From an uncultured bacterium (lineage in GTDB: Bacteria > Hydrogenedentota > Hydrogenedentia > Hydrogenedentales > JAEUWI01), in the NCBI GenBank assembly GCA_963977445.1, contig CAXBPH010000003.1, positions 1 to 64,000 of the forward strand: DNA of 64,000 nt. Direction: 5' to 3'. The translations under genes were made by a program, and so were the position numbers. Every line of letters starts with the position of its first letter. The stretch's first letter is position 1. A model generated the notes under the pieces. The model ran no database searches and was not told the origin of the DNA. It saw only the letters and a program-made list of their open reading frames with translations. Shown here one piece after another: positions 41,037-51,352 of the stretch.

Positions 41037-42853
41037 GGTGTAGCGCTTTCCTTAATCATTTCGTCTAACCGACCTTCGGATTTTTGATAGCGTTGACGAG
41101 CCACAGAGGCGTCCACGGCATGCCAGGCCATGATCAACGCAATGGGTATGTCATACTTCGCATCTTCCAGAAGCTTCGCACTGCGGGCTTCAGACACGTC
41201 GGCGAGGGCCGCGACCATGCGGACCGCCCGGGCACGAAGTTTTATATTGGAGGCCCTCATCTTGACCATGCAACCGGCATACACGTACCCCGATTGGGCC
41301 ATCGCGCCCGTCGTGATAATATTCAGGGCGACCTTGGTGGCCGTACCCGCATTCAGCCGCGTCGAACCCGGTAGCACCTCCGGGCCGGTGGCCAAGGCAA
41401 TTACATGGTCGACTGGGTGCCCGGCCATCTGTGGGTTGCAACACAGCAATACCGTCGTGCAGCCAAGTTTCCGACCATGATCCAGCGCTGCGAGGACATA
41501 GGGTGTCGTCCCCGATGCGGCAATCCCGATAAGGATATCCTGTGTTTCGGGGGACTGGGCCTGAAGGTCAGCCACGCCCTGAACCTCGTCGTCTTCGGCA
41601 CCTTCTACGGCGTCCCGCAGGGCCCGCTCGCCGCCCGCAATAATGCCCACCACCTGGCTGGGGTCCGTGCCGAAGGTTGGCGGACACTCGGAGGCATCCA
41701 ACACCCCCAAACGCCCACTGGTGCCTGCGCCCATATAAAGAATACGTCCACCCGCACGGAGAGCCGCACCGGCCTTGTCCACGACCTTCGTGAGCGCACC
41801 GTGTTGCTGCTGCAACGACCGCACGACGTGGCGCTGGTGGTCTACCATGGACGTCACAAAGGTGGCCGTATCGACCTGGTCTATGGGCGCCACATTTTCG
41901 CTTTGCCCTTCCGTAGAAGAAAGGGTGGGACTATCCACACCAATCTCATGGCACCAGGGGGCTGCCCCGTTCACGCCACGAAGGGATAGCACGGCCTCGT
42001 GGCCCCGCACGCGTAGTGCTTCATGGGTCAGGCGCGGTGTGCCGCTGAGATAATCGAAATAATAACGTCGAAACAATTCACTGTGTTCAATTACCCCCCC
42101 CTGGACAAACAGGGGAATGGTGCCGTCCCCGGCGATGGTGCCTGCCGCTGCTGCCGTCAATCGGGCATGGAGGCGCGCCTGGGTCTGAACGCATTCAAGG
42201 GCAACTCGGTCGCCCCCCTCGGCTGCCTCCGACACGACGGAGGCGAGGGCCGCCACAGACTGCTTGGTGGCCGCCAGGGACCACGGCACGAGGGCTGCCG
42301 CATCGGCCAATCCAAGCGCTTCGGGCACGCCATGCTGCAGGGACGTGGGCGGTGCAATGCCATCTTCCCCATGGGCAATGGCCTGCAAGGCGGCGCAGCC
42401 CAGTTTGTAACCACTGCCGTCATCACCCATAACCTGACCACGCCCACCAAAGCGACGAAAGCCGCCCTGTCCGTCATGAACCAGTATGGAGCTGCCCGTG
42501 CCCGCAATGGCGAGGATGCCGGGGCGGTCGGGAACATGGGCGTAGAGTAGTGGGTGCAAGTCGGTCGTGATCGATGCATGACGTAATCCCGGCAGGGTCG
42601 TGAGTTGCCCAACCATATCCCGCGCAAGTTCCTCCGACATCATGCCGGCAATACCGGCGAGGAGCGTGTAGGCTTCCACCCCGGGCGTGACCAGGCGAGT
42701 GGCCAATTCACTGATGACGCCGGCCGCAGCCGCGGTTCCATAGGCCAACGGATTGGAAGGTCCCGCCGTCGCTTCGGCAAGAAGCGTCGTGTCGTCATAG
42801 AAGCCACCCACGGTGCGGGTTCCGCCACCTTCTATCGCAAGGTAAAAGGCCAT
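41033..42853 (-). CDS. murQ: Fusion of BadF/GlcNAc-MurNAc kinase-like ATPase and MurNAc-6-phosphate etherase
   Basis: N-term IEGGGT, IAGTGS, GDDGSG; C-term GAGTSGRLGVLDASECPPTFG, GSTRLNAGTATK. Confidence 0.9.
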   Translation of the reverse strand: MAFYLAIEGGGTRTVGGFYDDTTLLAEATAGPSNPLAYGTAAAAGVISELATRLVTPGVEAYTLLAGIAGMMSEELARDMVGQLTTLPGLRHASITTDLHPLLYAHVPDRPGILAIAGTGSSILVHDGQGGFRRFGGRGQVMGDDGSGYKLGCAALQAIAHGEDGIAPPTSLQHGVPEALGLADAAALVPWSLAATKQSVAALASVVSEAAEGGDRVALECVQTQARLHARLTAAAAGTIAGDGTIPLFVQGGVIEHSELFRRYYFDYLSGTPRLTHEALRVRGHEAVLSLRGVNGAAPWCHEIGVDSPTLSSTEGQSENVAPIDQVDTATFVTSMVDHQRHVVRSLQQQHGALTKVVDKAGAALRAGGRILYMGAGTSGRLGVLDASECPPTFGTDPSQVVGIIAGGERALRDAVEGAEDDEVQGVADLQAQSPETQDILIGIAASGTTPYVLAALDHGRKLGCTTVLLCCNPQMAGHPVDHVIALATGPEVLPGSTRLNAGTATKVALNIITTGAMAQSGYVYAGCMVKMRASNIKLRARAVRMVAALADVSEARSAKLLEDAKYDIPIALIMAWHAVDASVARQRYQKSEGRLDEMIKESATP

Positions 42854-44130
42854 CAGATAACTTCCCGAGCGGTAGTTTGCCAACCCGCCGCAAAACGGGA
42901 CACGGCGCCTGGATGTATCACACCCGTCCGAATAATATCCTGATAGAGAAAAGCACTCGGATTGGGTGTGCGCGTGAGGCTCTTCCAATCCACGTGGACC
43001 AGGCCATAGCGTTGCTGGTAACCCTGTTCCCAGGCAAAGCCATCCAGAAGGGCGTTGTAGCAAAATCCAAGCACCTTCACCCCCGTATCACGGAGATGGA
43101 GGGTTCGTTCGACATGGTCGAGCAAATGGTGACATCGCAGCCCGTCGTCTTCTGTGGCCACACCGATGCCGGTCATCAACAATGGTACCTTCCACGGGGC
43201 CAGGTGCGATGCCATTTCCTCCAGCGTATCGCTATCGGGTTCCGCCTGATCGGGAGCACAGGCCACACCCTGAGCGTTCGCATATTGGACAAACCCGTTG
43301 CGCGGCCGCAGAAGCGCCCCATGGACCTGAAGTTGGCCGGGGCTGGAAAGAGCGATAAAGGAAAATGGGGGTGCATCCCGGTCCGTACCACACAAGGTGT
43401 CGGGGTACGTTTCAAGAAACCACTTGGATTGCTTTTGCTCAAGGCGCTTGTCCCAGGGACTGTGAATATCCCGCGAGACAATGCGGGGTGCATAAATTGA
43501 GGCACCAATCTGGTTACGCTGATCTACTTCCCGCAAAAACGTCGCGACCTCACGATGGGCAGCGGCCATGCCTTTGATGGCCCGTGAGGCACGTCGGGCT
43601 TGCTCGGGTTTGGGCCAGCATCCTTCGCCGTAGGCCATGGCAATCCAGCGCATGGGCTCCAAATGGGGAATCCACCACTGGCACGTGGATCCCAGGGCGT
43701 CATAGAGTCGTTTCACATAGGCCAGGAAGTGGTCGGGACCATCGGGATGCTCCCAGCCGCCCCGTTTGCTGAACCAGGCAGGCAGCGTGCATTCCTGCAA
43801 TACGCAGACAGGCGTCATGCCCTGCCGGGTCATCGCACGAAACACAGAAGCGTAGTGGGCCAAGGCGGCCGTATCAAACTCGCCGGGCTCGGGCTCAACA
43901 CGGGCCCAGGAAACGCCGTATTGAAGGGCATTGAGCCCGATCTTCTTGGCAAGTTCCAAATCGGTCTTGTAGCGCTTCAGGTGGTCGGCGGCCACTTCCG
44001 ACGTTCCACCGCCCCGGATATGGGCAGGTCGTTGCTCCCACCGCCACCAGTCGGCGTGAAAATCGGTGCCTTCCACCGCGTGGGCGCTCACCGTGGCACC
44101 CCACAGAAAGGTATTTTCGACGTCAACCAC
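42853..44130 (-). CDS. Glycoside hydrolase family 1-like protein (catalytic nucleophile apparently absent)
   Basis: FLWG...HAVEG, SWARVEPEPG, HLEP (NEP site), MTGIG (TENG site), RYGLVHVD; stop overlaps the murQ-fusion start. Confidence 0.8.
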   Translation of the reverse strand: MVDVENTFLWGATVSAHAVEGTDFHADWWRWEQRPAHIRGGGTSEVAADHLKRYKTDLELAKKIGLNALQYGVSWARVEPEPGEFDTAALAHYASVFRAMTRQGMTPVCVLQECTLPAWFSKRGGWEHPDGPDHFLAYVKRLYDALGSTCQWWIPHLEPMRWIAMAYGEGCWPKPEQARRASRAIKGMAAAHREVATFLREVDQRNQIGASIYAPRIVSRDIHSPWDKRLEQKQSKWFLETYPDTLCGTDRDAPPFSFIALSSPGQLQVHGALLRPRNGFVQYANAQGVACAPDQAEPDSDTLEEMASHLAPWKVPLLMTGIGVATEDDGLRCHHLLDHVERTLHLRDTGVKVLGFCYNALLDGFAWEQGYQQRYGLVHVDWKSLTRTPNPSAFLYQDIIRTGVIHPGAVSRFAAGWQTTAREVI

Positions 44131-44226
44131 AGTATCTCCGACCAGACATAGGAACACTACACACCATATTGTATAGGCTCATTGTAACGTACAGAGATAC
44201 GCCCCGTGCAAAAAACTGAATAACCC

Positions 44227-44268
44227 AAAAAAAATAAACGGAGAAGTGCGCATTGACGCACTTCTCCG
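44227..44268 (-). terminator. Intrinsic terminator after ferredoxin
   Basis: 12-bp stem cggagaagtgcg/cgcacttctccg followed by a T-rich tract on the minus strand. Confidence 0.85.
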
Positions 44269-44291
44269 CAGGAGACGATGTCTAAAAGCTA

Positions 44292-44633
44292 TCAGGCGCT
44301 TTCGCCGGGCTCCGGGCTGAATTCGCCCTTCTTATCTTCAACGTCTTTAAAATCGTCGGCGGAATCAAGGGGCTCTTTGCCCTCTTCGATTACGGGCCAT
44401 TCCGCCGCATACTTGGCGTTGAGCTCGATGTAGCCCTGCCACTTCTCCGGCACTTCGTCCTGGGAGAAGATGGCCGTCACGGGGCATTCATCAACACACA
44501 CGCCACAATCGATGCACTCTTCCGGATCGATGGTAAGCATGTTTTCGCCTTCGTGAAAACAGGCAACGGGACATACATCCACACAATCGGTGTATTTGCA
44601 TTTGATGCAGGGTTCGGTGACTACGAATGCCAT
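44292..44633 (-). CDS. fdxA: FdxA-type dicluster ferredoxin
   Basis: [14 protein letters not shown] and [12 protein letters not shown]. Confidence 0.88.
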   Translation of the reverse strand: MAFVVTEPCIKCKYTDCVDVCPVACFHEGENMLTIDPEECIDCGVCVDECPVTAIFSQDEVPEKWQGYIELNAKYAAEWPVIEEGKEPLDSADDFKDVEDKKGEFSPEPGESA

Positions 44634-44838
44634 GGGTCTAGCTCCTTTTTACGGTACCTTCGCACCGATACTATGTAGTACATCACTGTCGCACACCCGG
44701 TCGGTGTTTGACTCGTTGGGGATTCTAGCAATGGAGCAGGCGATCCGTCAACGGACGACGTATACACTTGTATACGCCCTATAACAATATCATGCGCACC
44801 CCACGAAGTGTCCAGACCGCTAAGGGTAGGCAATTCCG

Positions 44839-45963
44839 CTAGTTATGACCTTTTTCCGCGTCGGCATGAAATTTTTCTTGATTGGGATAGGTCTTGCCCT
44901 CGGCAAGATCGTCAAACTCTTTCAGCAAATCTTTCTGCTTTCGGCTGAGTTTTACCGGTGTCTCCACAATCACGCGAACGATTTGATCCCCCTGGCGATA
45001 GCCGCGCAGGTCGGGCATACCCATGCCACGCAGGCGAAGCTGCGTGCCCGTCTGGGACCCGGCAGGGATTTTCAATTCCGCTTCCCCTTCCAGGGTGGGC
45101 ACGCGAATGGACGCGCCCAGCGTGGCCTGGCTCAAGGTAATCGGAACTTCACAGACAATCGTGGTGCCATCCCGCTCAAAGAGGGCATGCTCTGCAATAT
45201 CGATGAAGATATACAGGTCGCCACGACGTCCGCCGCGGTGTCCTGCTTCGCCTTCACCCGTAACCCGAAGGCGGGATCCGGAATCGACACCCGCAGGCAC
45301 ATCGACCGAAAGCTCCCGGGCATTCTTGGTCTGGCCTTTACCGGCGCAGGTCGTGCACGGCTTGGAAATGGTCTTGCCCGCACCCTGACACTGGGGACAG
45401 GTGCGTGTGACGCTGAAAAAGCCGTGGGCAACCCGAACCTGACCCTGGCCCTGGCATTGGGAGCAGACTTCCGCTTTTGAACCGGGGGACGCGCCGGAAC
45501 CGCTGCAGTCGCCACAATTTTCGCGTCGGTTATAGCGGATTTTCTTCTTGGTACCAAAAGCGGCATCTTCAAGGGTGATGCTGAGGCGCAATTCGAGGTC
45601 ATTCCCCGCTTTGGCACCGCCGCTGCCACCCCGTTTGCCGCCCTGCCCAAAAAGCATGTCGAAAAAGTCTTCGAAGGGCGCTTCAAAGCCCTGGCCGCCA
45701 GCACCAAAACCACCACCGCCGCCAAAACCGCCACCCTGGGCGTCGGTACTGCCAAAACGATCATACTGGGCACGCTTTTCGGCATTCTTGAGAATATCGT
45801 AAGCCCCATTGATCTGCTTCAGCTTATCTTCCGCTTCTTTATCCCCACCCGTCTTATCGGGGTGATACTTGTGTGCCAGTTTCAGATAGGCTTTGCGAAT
45901 TTGGTCTTGCGGGGCATCCCGGGGGACGCCTAACAATTCATACAGATCGATCGACTGTGCCAT
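44839..45963 (-). CDS. dnaJ: Chaperone DnaJ
   Basis: HPD J-domain, G/F region, four CxxCxGxG repeats. Confidence 0.97.
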   Translation of the reverse strand: MAQSIDLYELLGVPRDAPQDQIRKAYLKLAHKYHPDKTGGDKEAEDKLKQINGAYDILKNAEKRAQYDRFGSTDAQGGGFGGGGGFGAGGQGFEAPFEDFFDMLFGQGGKRGGSGGAKAGNDLELRLSITLEDAAFGTKKKIRYNRRENCGDCSGSGASPGSKAEVCSQCQGQGQVRVAHGFFSVTRTCPQCQGAGKTISKPCTTCAGKGQTKNARELSVDVPAGVDSGSRLRVTGEGEAGHRGGRRGDLYIFIDIAEHALFERDGTTIVCEVPITLSQATLGASIRVPTLEGEAELKIPAGSQTGTQLRLRGMGMPDLRGYRQGDQIVRVIVETPVKLSRKQKDLLKEFDDLAEGKTYPNQEKFHADAEKGHN

Positions 45964-46066
45964 TTGGTTCCGGCTCCATAGGGCGGTATGAGATAGTATC
46001 CCCATGCCCCGGTAAAACCGGGGTCATGGGGAGTGAAACTTTATTGTACTATAGGGATAGAGACGC

Positions 46067-47989
46067 TTACTTGTCTTCTTCTTCGTCGTCGTCCACCACG
46101 GTGAAATCAGCATCAACGGCGTCGCCATTGGATTCGTCGTCATCGGCAGGTGCTTCACCACCGGCGGCCGCTGCGGCTGCGGGATCGGCACCGGCATCCT
46201 TGTACATGGCTTCGGCAAGCTTATGGGAGGCCTTGGTCAGGTTTTCTACCGACTGTTCGATGGCGGCGATGTCGTCCCCTTCCAGGGCTTTTTTCAAATC
46301 AGCGATGGCCGCTTCGATGCTTTTCTTTTCGCCTTCGTCGATCTTTTCCGCGTTTTCAGTCAGCAGTTTCTCGGTCTGGTAGATCATGCTGTCTGCATTG
46401 TTGCGTACTTCGATTTTCTTCCGGCGAGACTTATCTTCATCAGCATGGGTCTCGGCTTCGTTGACCATCTTCTCGATTTCGTCTTCGGAGAGGCCACTGG
46501 ACGTTTCGACTTTGAGCTTCTGCTCTTTTCCGGTCGCCAGGTCTTTTGCCGATGCGTGGAAGATACCGTTGGCATCCAGATCAAAGGAAACCTGAATCTG
46601 AGGGACCCCACGGGGCGCTGGGGGAATACCCATCAGGTCGAAATGCGCGAGAGTCCGGTTGTCGCCGGCCATTTCCCGCTCACCCTGCAGCACGTGAATC
46701 GTAACGGCAGTCTGATTATCGGCTGCCGTGGAGAAAATCTGCTGCTTCGTAACGGGGATCGTCGTATTGCGTTCAATCAGTTTCGTGCAGACGCCGCCTA
46801 AGGTCTCAATACCCAGAGAGAGGGGCGTGACGTCGAGAAGGAGTACATCCTTCACGTCGCCGGACAGCACACCGGCCTGAACCGCGGCACCAATGGCAAC
46901 CACTTCGTCGGGATTCACGCCACGGTGGGGCGTCTTTCCGAAGATTTCTTCGACAACCGCGCCAACGGCGGGCATGCGGGTCATACCACCCACAAGAATG
47001 ACTTCGTTGATTTCGGAAGCCGCAAGACCGGCATCTTCCAGAGCGCGGTGGCAAGGATTCTTGCTGCGCTGAAGAAGGTGGTCTGCCAACTGCTCAAACT
47101 TGGAGCGGGTCAACGTGTAGTTCAGGTGCTTGGGACCGGAAGCATCGGCCGTGATGAATGGCAGATTGACGTCGGTCGACATGGCACTGGAAAGCTCGCA
47201 CTTCGCCTTTTCACCGCCCTCTTTCAAGCGCTGAAGGGCCATGGGATCTTTACGCAGGTCGATGCCCTGTTCTTTTTGAAATTCTTCGGCCAGCCAATCG
47301 ATGATTACCTGGTCAAAATCGTCACCACCAAGGTGCGTGTCGCCACTGGTGCTGAGCACTTCAAAGCTGTCATCACCGATGGCCAGGATGGATACGTCGA
47401 AGGTACCGCCGCCGAGATCGTAGACCGCTACTTTTTCGTCCCGCTTCTTATCAAGACCATAGGCCAACGCGGCTGCGGTGGGCTCGTTGATAATGCGCAG
47501 CACTTCCAGACCAGCGATTTTACCGGCGTCTTTGGTCGCCTGGCGCTGAGAATCGTTGAAATACGCCGGCACCGTCACCACGGCCTGGGTCACTTCCGTG
47601 CCCAGATAGGACTCGGCCGTTTCCTTCATCTTCTGCAGAATCATGGCAGAGATTTCAGGGGGACGGTAAGAGTTGCCCATGATTTCGACCTGGCAGTCTC
47701 CCGTGGAGGTCTCGCCGATCTTATAGGGGACGATTTTTTCTTCAGTGGAGACTTCGTCGTGACGACGTCCCATGAAGCGCTTGATTGAAAAGATGGTGTT
47801 GGTCGGGTTGGTCACGGCCTGACGCTTGGCGACAGCGCCGATAAGGCGTTCCCCGTCCTTGTTGAAGGCCACCACGGATGGAGTCGTGCGGTTACCTTCG
47901 GCATTGGCTATGACCACAGGTTCGCCGCCCTCCATGACAGCAACGCAGGAGTTGGTGGTGCCCAGGTCAATTCCAATTACTTTGCCCAT
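46067..47989 (-). CDS. dnaK: Chaperone DnaK
   Basis: [25 protein letters not shown]. Confidence 0.99.
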   Translation of the reverse strand: MGKVIGIDLGTTNSCVAVMEGGEPVVIANAEGNRTTPSVVAFNKDGERLIGAVAKRQAVTNPTNTIFSIKRFMGRRHDEVSTEEKIVPYKIGETSTGDCQVEIMGNSYRPPEISAMILQKMKETAESYLGTEVTQAVVTVPAYFNDSQRQATKDAGKIAGLEVLRIINEPTAAALAYGLDKKRDEKVAVYDLGGGTFDVSILAIGDDSFEVLSTSGDTHLGGDDFDQVIIDWLAEEFQKEQGIDLRKDPMALQRLKEGGEKAKCELSSAMSTDVNLPFITADASGPKHLNYTLTRSKFEQLADHLLQRSKNPCHRALEDAGLAASEINEVILVGGMTRMPAVGAVVEEIFGKTPHRGVNPDEVVAIGAAVQAGVLSGDVKDVLLLDVTPLSLGIETLGGVCTKLIERNTTIPVTKQQIFSTAADNQTAVTIHVLQGEREMAGDNRTLAHFDLMGIPPAPRGVPQIQVSFDLDANGIFHASAKDLATGKEQKLKVETSSGLSEDEIEKMVNEAETHADEDKSRRKKIEVRNNADSMIYQTEKLLTENAEKIDEGEKKSIEAAIADLKKALEGDDIAAIEQSVENLTKASHKLAEAMYKDAGADPAAAAAAGGEAPADDDESNGDAVDADFTVVDDDEEEDK

Positions 47990-48100
47990 TGTATTTATTC
48001 CTCCTGATAGTACAACCCGACGGGGGCTGCCTGGCTCGTGGTATGAACGACGCTCCGCTCGGGAAGCGATGTGTAACGGTATAACTTCAGTTCGTCAGTT

Positions 48101-48796
48101 TTATTCGGCAGTATCGGAAGCCGGGGCCTCCGTTGATGTTGTTTCTTCGGCAACGTTGCCATCTTTCGTGGCGGCAGGTCCGCTGCTCACGACCACCTGG
48201 GCCGGTCGCAGGACGAAGTCACCCAGGCGATAGCCCCGCTGAAATTCTTCCATGACCGTGTCGGCTGGAAATTCATCCGACGGCTGGTGGGTCAGGGCTT
48301 CGTGTATGTTGGGGTCGAAGGGTTCACCCTTGGCGGGTATGGGCTCCAGCCCCTTGCCGCTCAATATGTCGGAAAATTGGCGTACCACCATCTCCACACC
48401 CAGCGCCAAACCGTCACTCTTGTCTTCCACGTGGCTCAGGGCACGTTCCAGATTGTCGACAATGGGGAGCAGGTCACGCAACAGACCTTCGGCGGCCGTC
48501 TTGCGAATTCGCTCGCTCTCCCGCGCCATACGTTTCCGATAGTTATCGAATTCCGCACGGGCACGAAGGGCCTGATCCTTGAGCTCATCGCGCTCGGCCC
48601 GCAGGGCAGCATTTTCGGCCTCCAACGGATCGACATCAGCGTCGTCGTCGCTCAATTCCATATCGGGAAGGGCGTCACCATCTTCGGGCATTACGCCTTC
48701 CGCTGTGGACACATTATCTTCGTCCACCGCACTTCCTTCGATTATTTCGACCTCTTCGTTCACCTGAACCTCTTCTTTATGATTGTTTTTTTTCAT
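48101..48796 (-). CDS. grpE: Nucleotide exchange factor GrpE
   Basis: AEFDNYRKR, FDPNIHEA, GYRLGDFVLRPAQVVV. Confidence 0.97.
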   Translation of the reverse strand: MKKNNHKEEVQVNEEVEIIEGSAVDEDNVSTAEGVMPEDGDALPDMELSDDDADVDPLEAENAALRAERDELKDQALRARAEFDNYRKRMARESERIRKTAAEGLLRDLLPIVDNLERALSHVEDKSDGLALGVEMVVRQFSDILSGKGLEPIPAKGEPFDPNIHEALTHQPSDEFPADTVMEEFQRGYRLGDFVLRPAQVVVSSGPAATKDGNVAEETTSTEAPASDTAE

Positions 48797-48880
48797 AGTT
48801 AGTCGTACTTCTATAAGTCAGATTGAATTGGCACTGCAAACGCCGTTTGGGGGCATAGGCTATGCGGCCCCGGTTGGGGT

Positions 48881-49933
48881 CTAGCGTGCCAGACGCGTCA
48901 GCATCCGGCTAACCATGCCTGCCGTATAGTCCACGATTGAGGTCAATCGCGAATAGGGCATACGCCGGGGACCGAGTATCCCAATCATGCCAATGGGCTC
49001 ATCTTTGCAATAGTAAGGCGAGGCCACTACGCTGATATCTTCCAGTCCTTTGGACCCATCGATTCGTCCGATGTGAATTGAACAGCTGATTCGTTTCTCA
49101 TCGAGGAGTGCGTTCCTCAACATATCTGTCAGGACCGTTCGCTCTTCAAACAGGTCGAAGACCTCACGGGCACGATCCACACCCTGAAACTCAGGCTGGG
49201 CAAACAAGTGTCCTGCACCTTCCAGAAACAATTGCGTCCGGCCGTGCTGTGGTGCCAGACCCAAGAGGCGTAAGGCCAGTTCAGCCGTCTTCCGACGCTC
49301 ATCCAGGAAAGTCTTCAGCCGTTCTTCAATGGCCTGGCTCAGACCGTCCAGTCGAACGCGATATAGATGGTCATTTAAGAACTGGCTGAGCGACTGCAAC
49401 TGCTCCGGCCCGACCGTTTCATTCAGATTCACGGTCTGCGTCCGCACCCGACCGTAGTTATCTACGATCAGCATAACCACCCGATGGGGCCCGACCGCCA
49501 TTACCTCGATACGATTTACATAGGCATGTGAATCGCCCGGCGCTTCGGCCAAACCCGCCTGATTGGATATGAGCGCCAGCAATTGGCTGGTGTGCTGCAG
49601 CACCTCATCGGCATCATTCAATTTTTCGGTGAACTCATGCTCGATACGATTGCGCTCACGCAAGGTAAGCTCCTGCACGTGCATGAGGTAGTTCACATAA
49701 TAGCGGTAGCCGGCATCCGTTGGAATACGGCCAGAGCTGGTATGAATCTGCTGGAGAAAGCCCATCTCTTCGAGGTCGGCCATTACATTGCGCACGGTCG
49801 CGGGGCTTAACCCCAACTCGAAACGTTTAACGACAGAACGAGAACCCACCGGATCCGCCGTGGTAATGTAACTATTTACTACCGCTTGGAGGATTCGTTG
49901 TTCACGTTCGTTAAGATCACGGGCATCCGTCAT
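48881..49933 (-). CDS. hrcA: Heat-inducible transcription repressor HrcA
   Basis: PVGSR, SPATVRNVMADLE, HTSSGRIPT, GPRRMPY. Confidence 0.97.
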   Translation of the reverse strand: MTDARDLNEREQRILQAVVNSYITTADPVGSRSVVKRFELGLSPATVRNVMADLEEMGFLQQIHTSSGRIPTDAGYRYYVNYLMHVQELTLRERNRIEHEFTEKLNDADEVLQHTSQLLALISNQAGLAEAPGDSHAYVNRIEVMAVGPHRVVMLIVDNYGRVRTQTVNLNETVGPEQLQSLSQFLNDHLYRVRLDGLSQAIEERLKTFLDERRKTAELALRLLGLAPQHGRTQLFLEGAGHLFAQPEFQGVDRAREVFDLFEERTVLTDMLRNALLDEKRISCSIHIGRIDGSKGLEDISVVASPYYCKDEPIGMIGILGPRRMPYSRLTSIVDYTAGMVSRMLTRLAR

Positions 49934-49951
49934 GGGCTTGCATCCACACAC

Positions 49952-49978
49952 TTAGCACTCAGCCAGCGGGAGTGCTAA
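49952..49978. promoter_or_regulatory. CIRCE operator
   Basis: Exact TTAGCACTC-N9-GAGTGCTAA, 18 nt upstream of the hrcA ATG. Confidence 0.97.
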
Positions 49979-49989
49979 CAGGTGCCCAA

Positions 49990-50018
49990 AGTCTAACACA
50001 CCCATGGGGTCGTGTCAA
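49990..50018 (-). promoter_or_regulatory. Sigma70 promoter of the hrcA operon
   Basis: Minus strand TTGACA-N17-TAGACT just upstream of CIRCE. Confidence 0.85.
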
Positions 50019-50130
50019 GTTGGCGACCGTTGCAAGTACCATGCCCCGAAGTATATAACGGGGCCGTACCCGTGGTGTCCTTGTTGTATCGCGCCGCTGG
50101 GTAAATTCGAATTTCAGGAAGGGTTGCGGA

Positions 50131-51282
50131 GTGAATGACGTAGGAGCCATGCAGAAATCAATGGGGGTCACCGGTTCCCCCCGCGACACGATATTGACCC
50201 TTCTCGAGATCATCGATGTGCAGGAAAATGGCGACCGACCCTGGGACATACAAATCAAGCAACCCACGGCATACCAACGTTTTATGAGCGAAGGACGCCT
50301 CGGTCTCGGCGAAGCCTATATGGATGGCGACTGGGATTGTGACGATCTCGCCGAATTCTTCCATCGCATCCTTTCTGCCAATTTCACCGACCGGGTGGAC
50401 TGGTGGCGCATGATTATCCCGTATCTCCGGGCCCGACTCCTCAATCTCCAGAGTGTACACCGCTCGCGGGAAGTTGCGGAGCGCCATTATGATCTCGGCA
50501 ATGGCTTGTATGAAAAAATGCTCGACAAGCGCATGGTATATTCCTGTGGTTACTGGAAAGATGCGACCGACCTGGAAACGGCCCAGGAACACAAGCTCGA
50601 CCTGGTTTGTCGTAAACTTGGGCTAAAACCCGGCATGAAAGTCCTCGATGTGGGCTGTGGCTGGGGCTCCTTTGCCCGGTTCGCCGCCGAGCGCTATGGC
50701 GTTGAGGTCGAGGGCATCACTATCTCGAAGGAGCAGTTGAGCCTGGCCAGGGAACATTGTGCCGGCCTCCCGGTCAACCTCCATCTCAAAGATTACCGCG
50801 ATCTGACGGGCCAGTGGGACCGGGTGGTCTCCATCGGCATGCTGGAGCACGTCGGCCGAAAGAACTACGATGGATTCATGACCCAACTGCGCGATTGGCT
50901 CACCCCGGATGGCCTGGCCCTCGTCCACACCATCGTGGGGCGCTATCCCGTGCGGCGGAGCGACCCATGGATTACGAAATACATCTTCCCCGGTGGCATG
51001 TTGCCCACGCCCGGTCAATTGGGCGCATCCTTCGAGGGCAAACTGGTCCTGGAAGACCTTCACAATATCGGCGCGGATTATGACAAGACGATCATGGCGT
51101 GGTGGGCCAATTTTGAGAAGGCCTGGCCCGAATTGGAGGCGGAATATGGGGAGCGTTTCTATCGGATGTGGCGCTACTACCACCACTACTGTGCCGGCTC
51201 CTTTCGCGCACGGTACAATCACGTGTTTCAAATGGTTTTGTCGCGACACGGCGTGCCCGGTGGTTATGAAGCCGTTCGATAG
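50131..51282 (+). CDS. cfa: Cyclopropane-fatty-acyl-phospholipid synthase
   Basis: GLGEAYMDG, HYDLGN, YSCGYW, VLDVGCGWG, SIGMLEHVG, YIFPGG. Confidence 0.92.
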   Translation: MNDVGAMQKSMGVTGSPRDTILTLLEIIDVQENGDRPWDIQIKQPTAYQRFMSEGRLGLGEAYMDGDWDCDDLAEFFHRILSANFTDRVDWWRMIIPYLRARLLNLQSVHRSREVAERHYDLGNGLYEKMLDKRMVYSCGYWKDATDLETAQEHKLDLVCRKLGLKPGMKVLDVGCGWGSFARFAAERYGVEVEGITISKEQLSLAREHCAGLPVNLHLKDYRDLTGQWDRVVSIGMLEHVGRKNYDGFMTQLRDWLTPDGLALVHTIVGRYPVRRSDPWITKYIFPGGMLPTPGQLGASFEGKLVLEDLHNIGADYDKTIMAWWANFEKAWPELEAEYGERFYRMWRYYHHYCAGSFRARYNHVFQMVLSRHGVPGGYEAVR

Positions 51283-51352
51283 CAGCCCGTGGCCCCCACG
51301 GATTGCCCACCACCAATCCAATTCCATCTAACCGAAGCAGGAGACGACCGGA

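Noticed and set aside
46925..47788. 287-aa ORF opposite dnaK
   Set aside because: Antisense ORFs opposite dnaK are a familiar artefact; no independent evidence
48829..48843. TGGCAC sigma54-like site between hrcA and grpE
   Set aside because: Poor -12 box and oriented antisense to the operon
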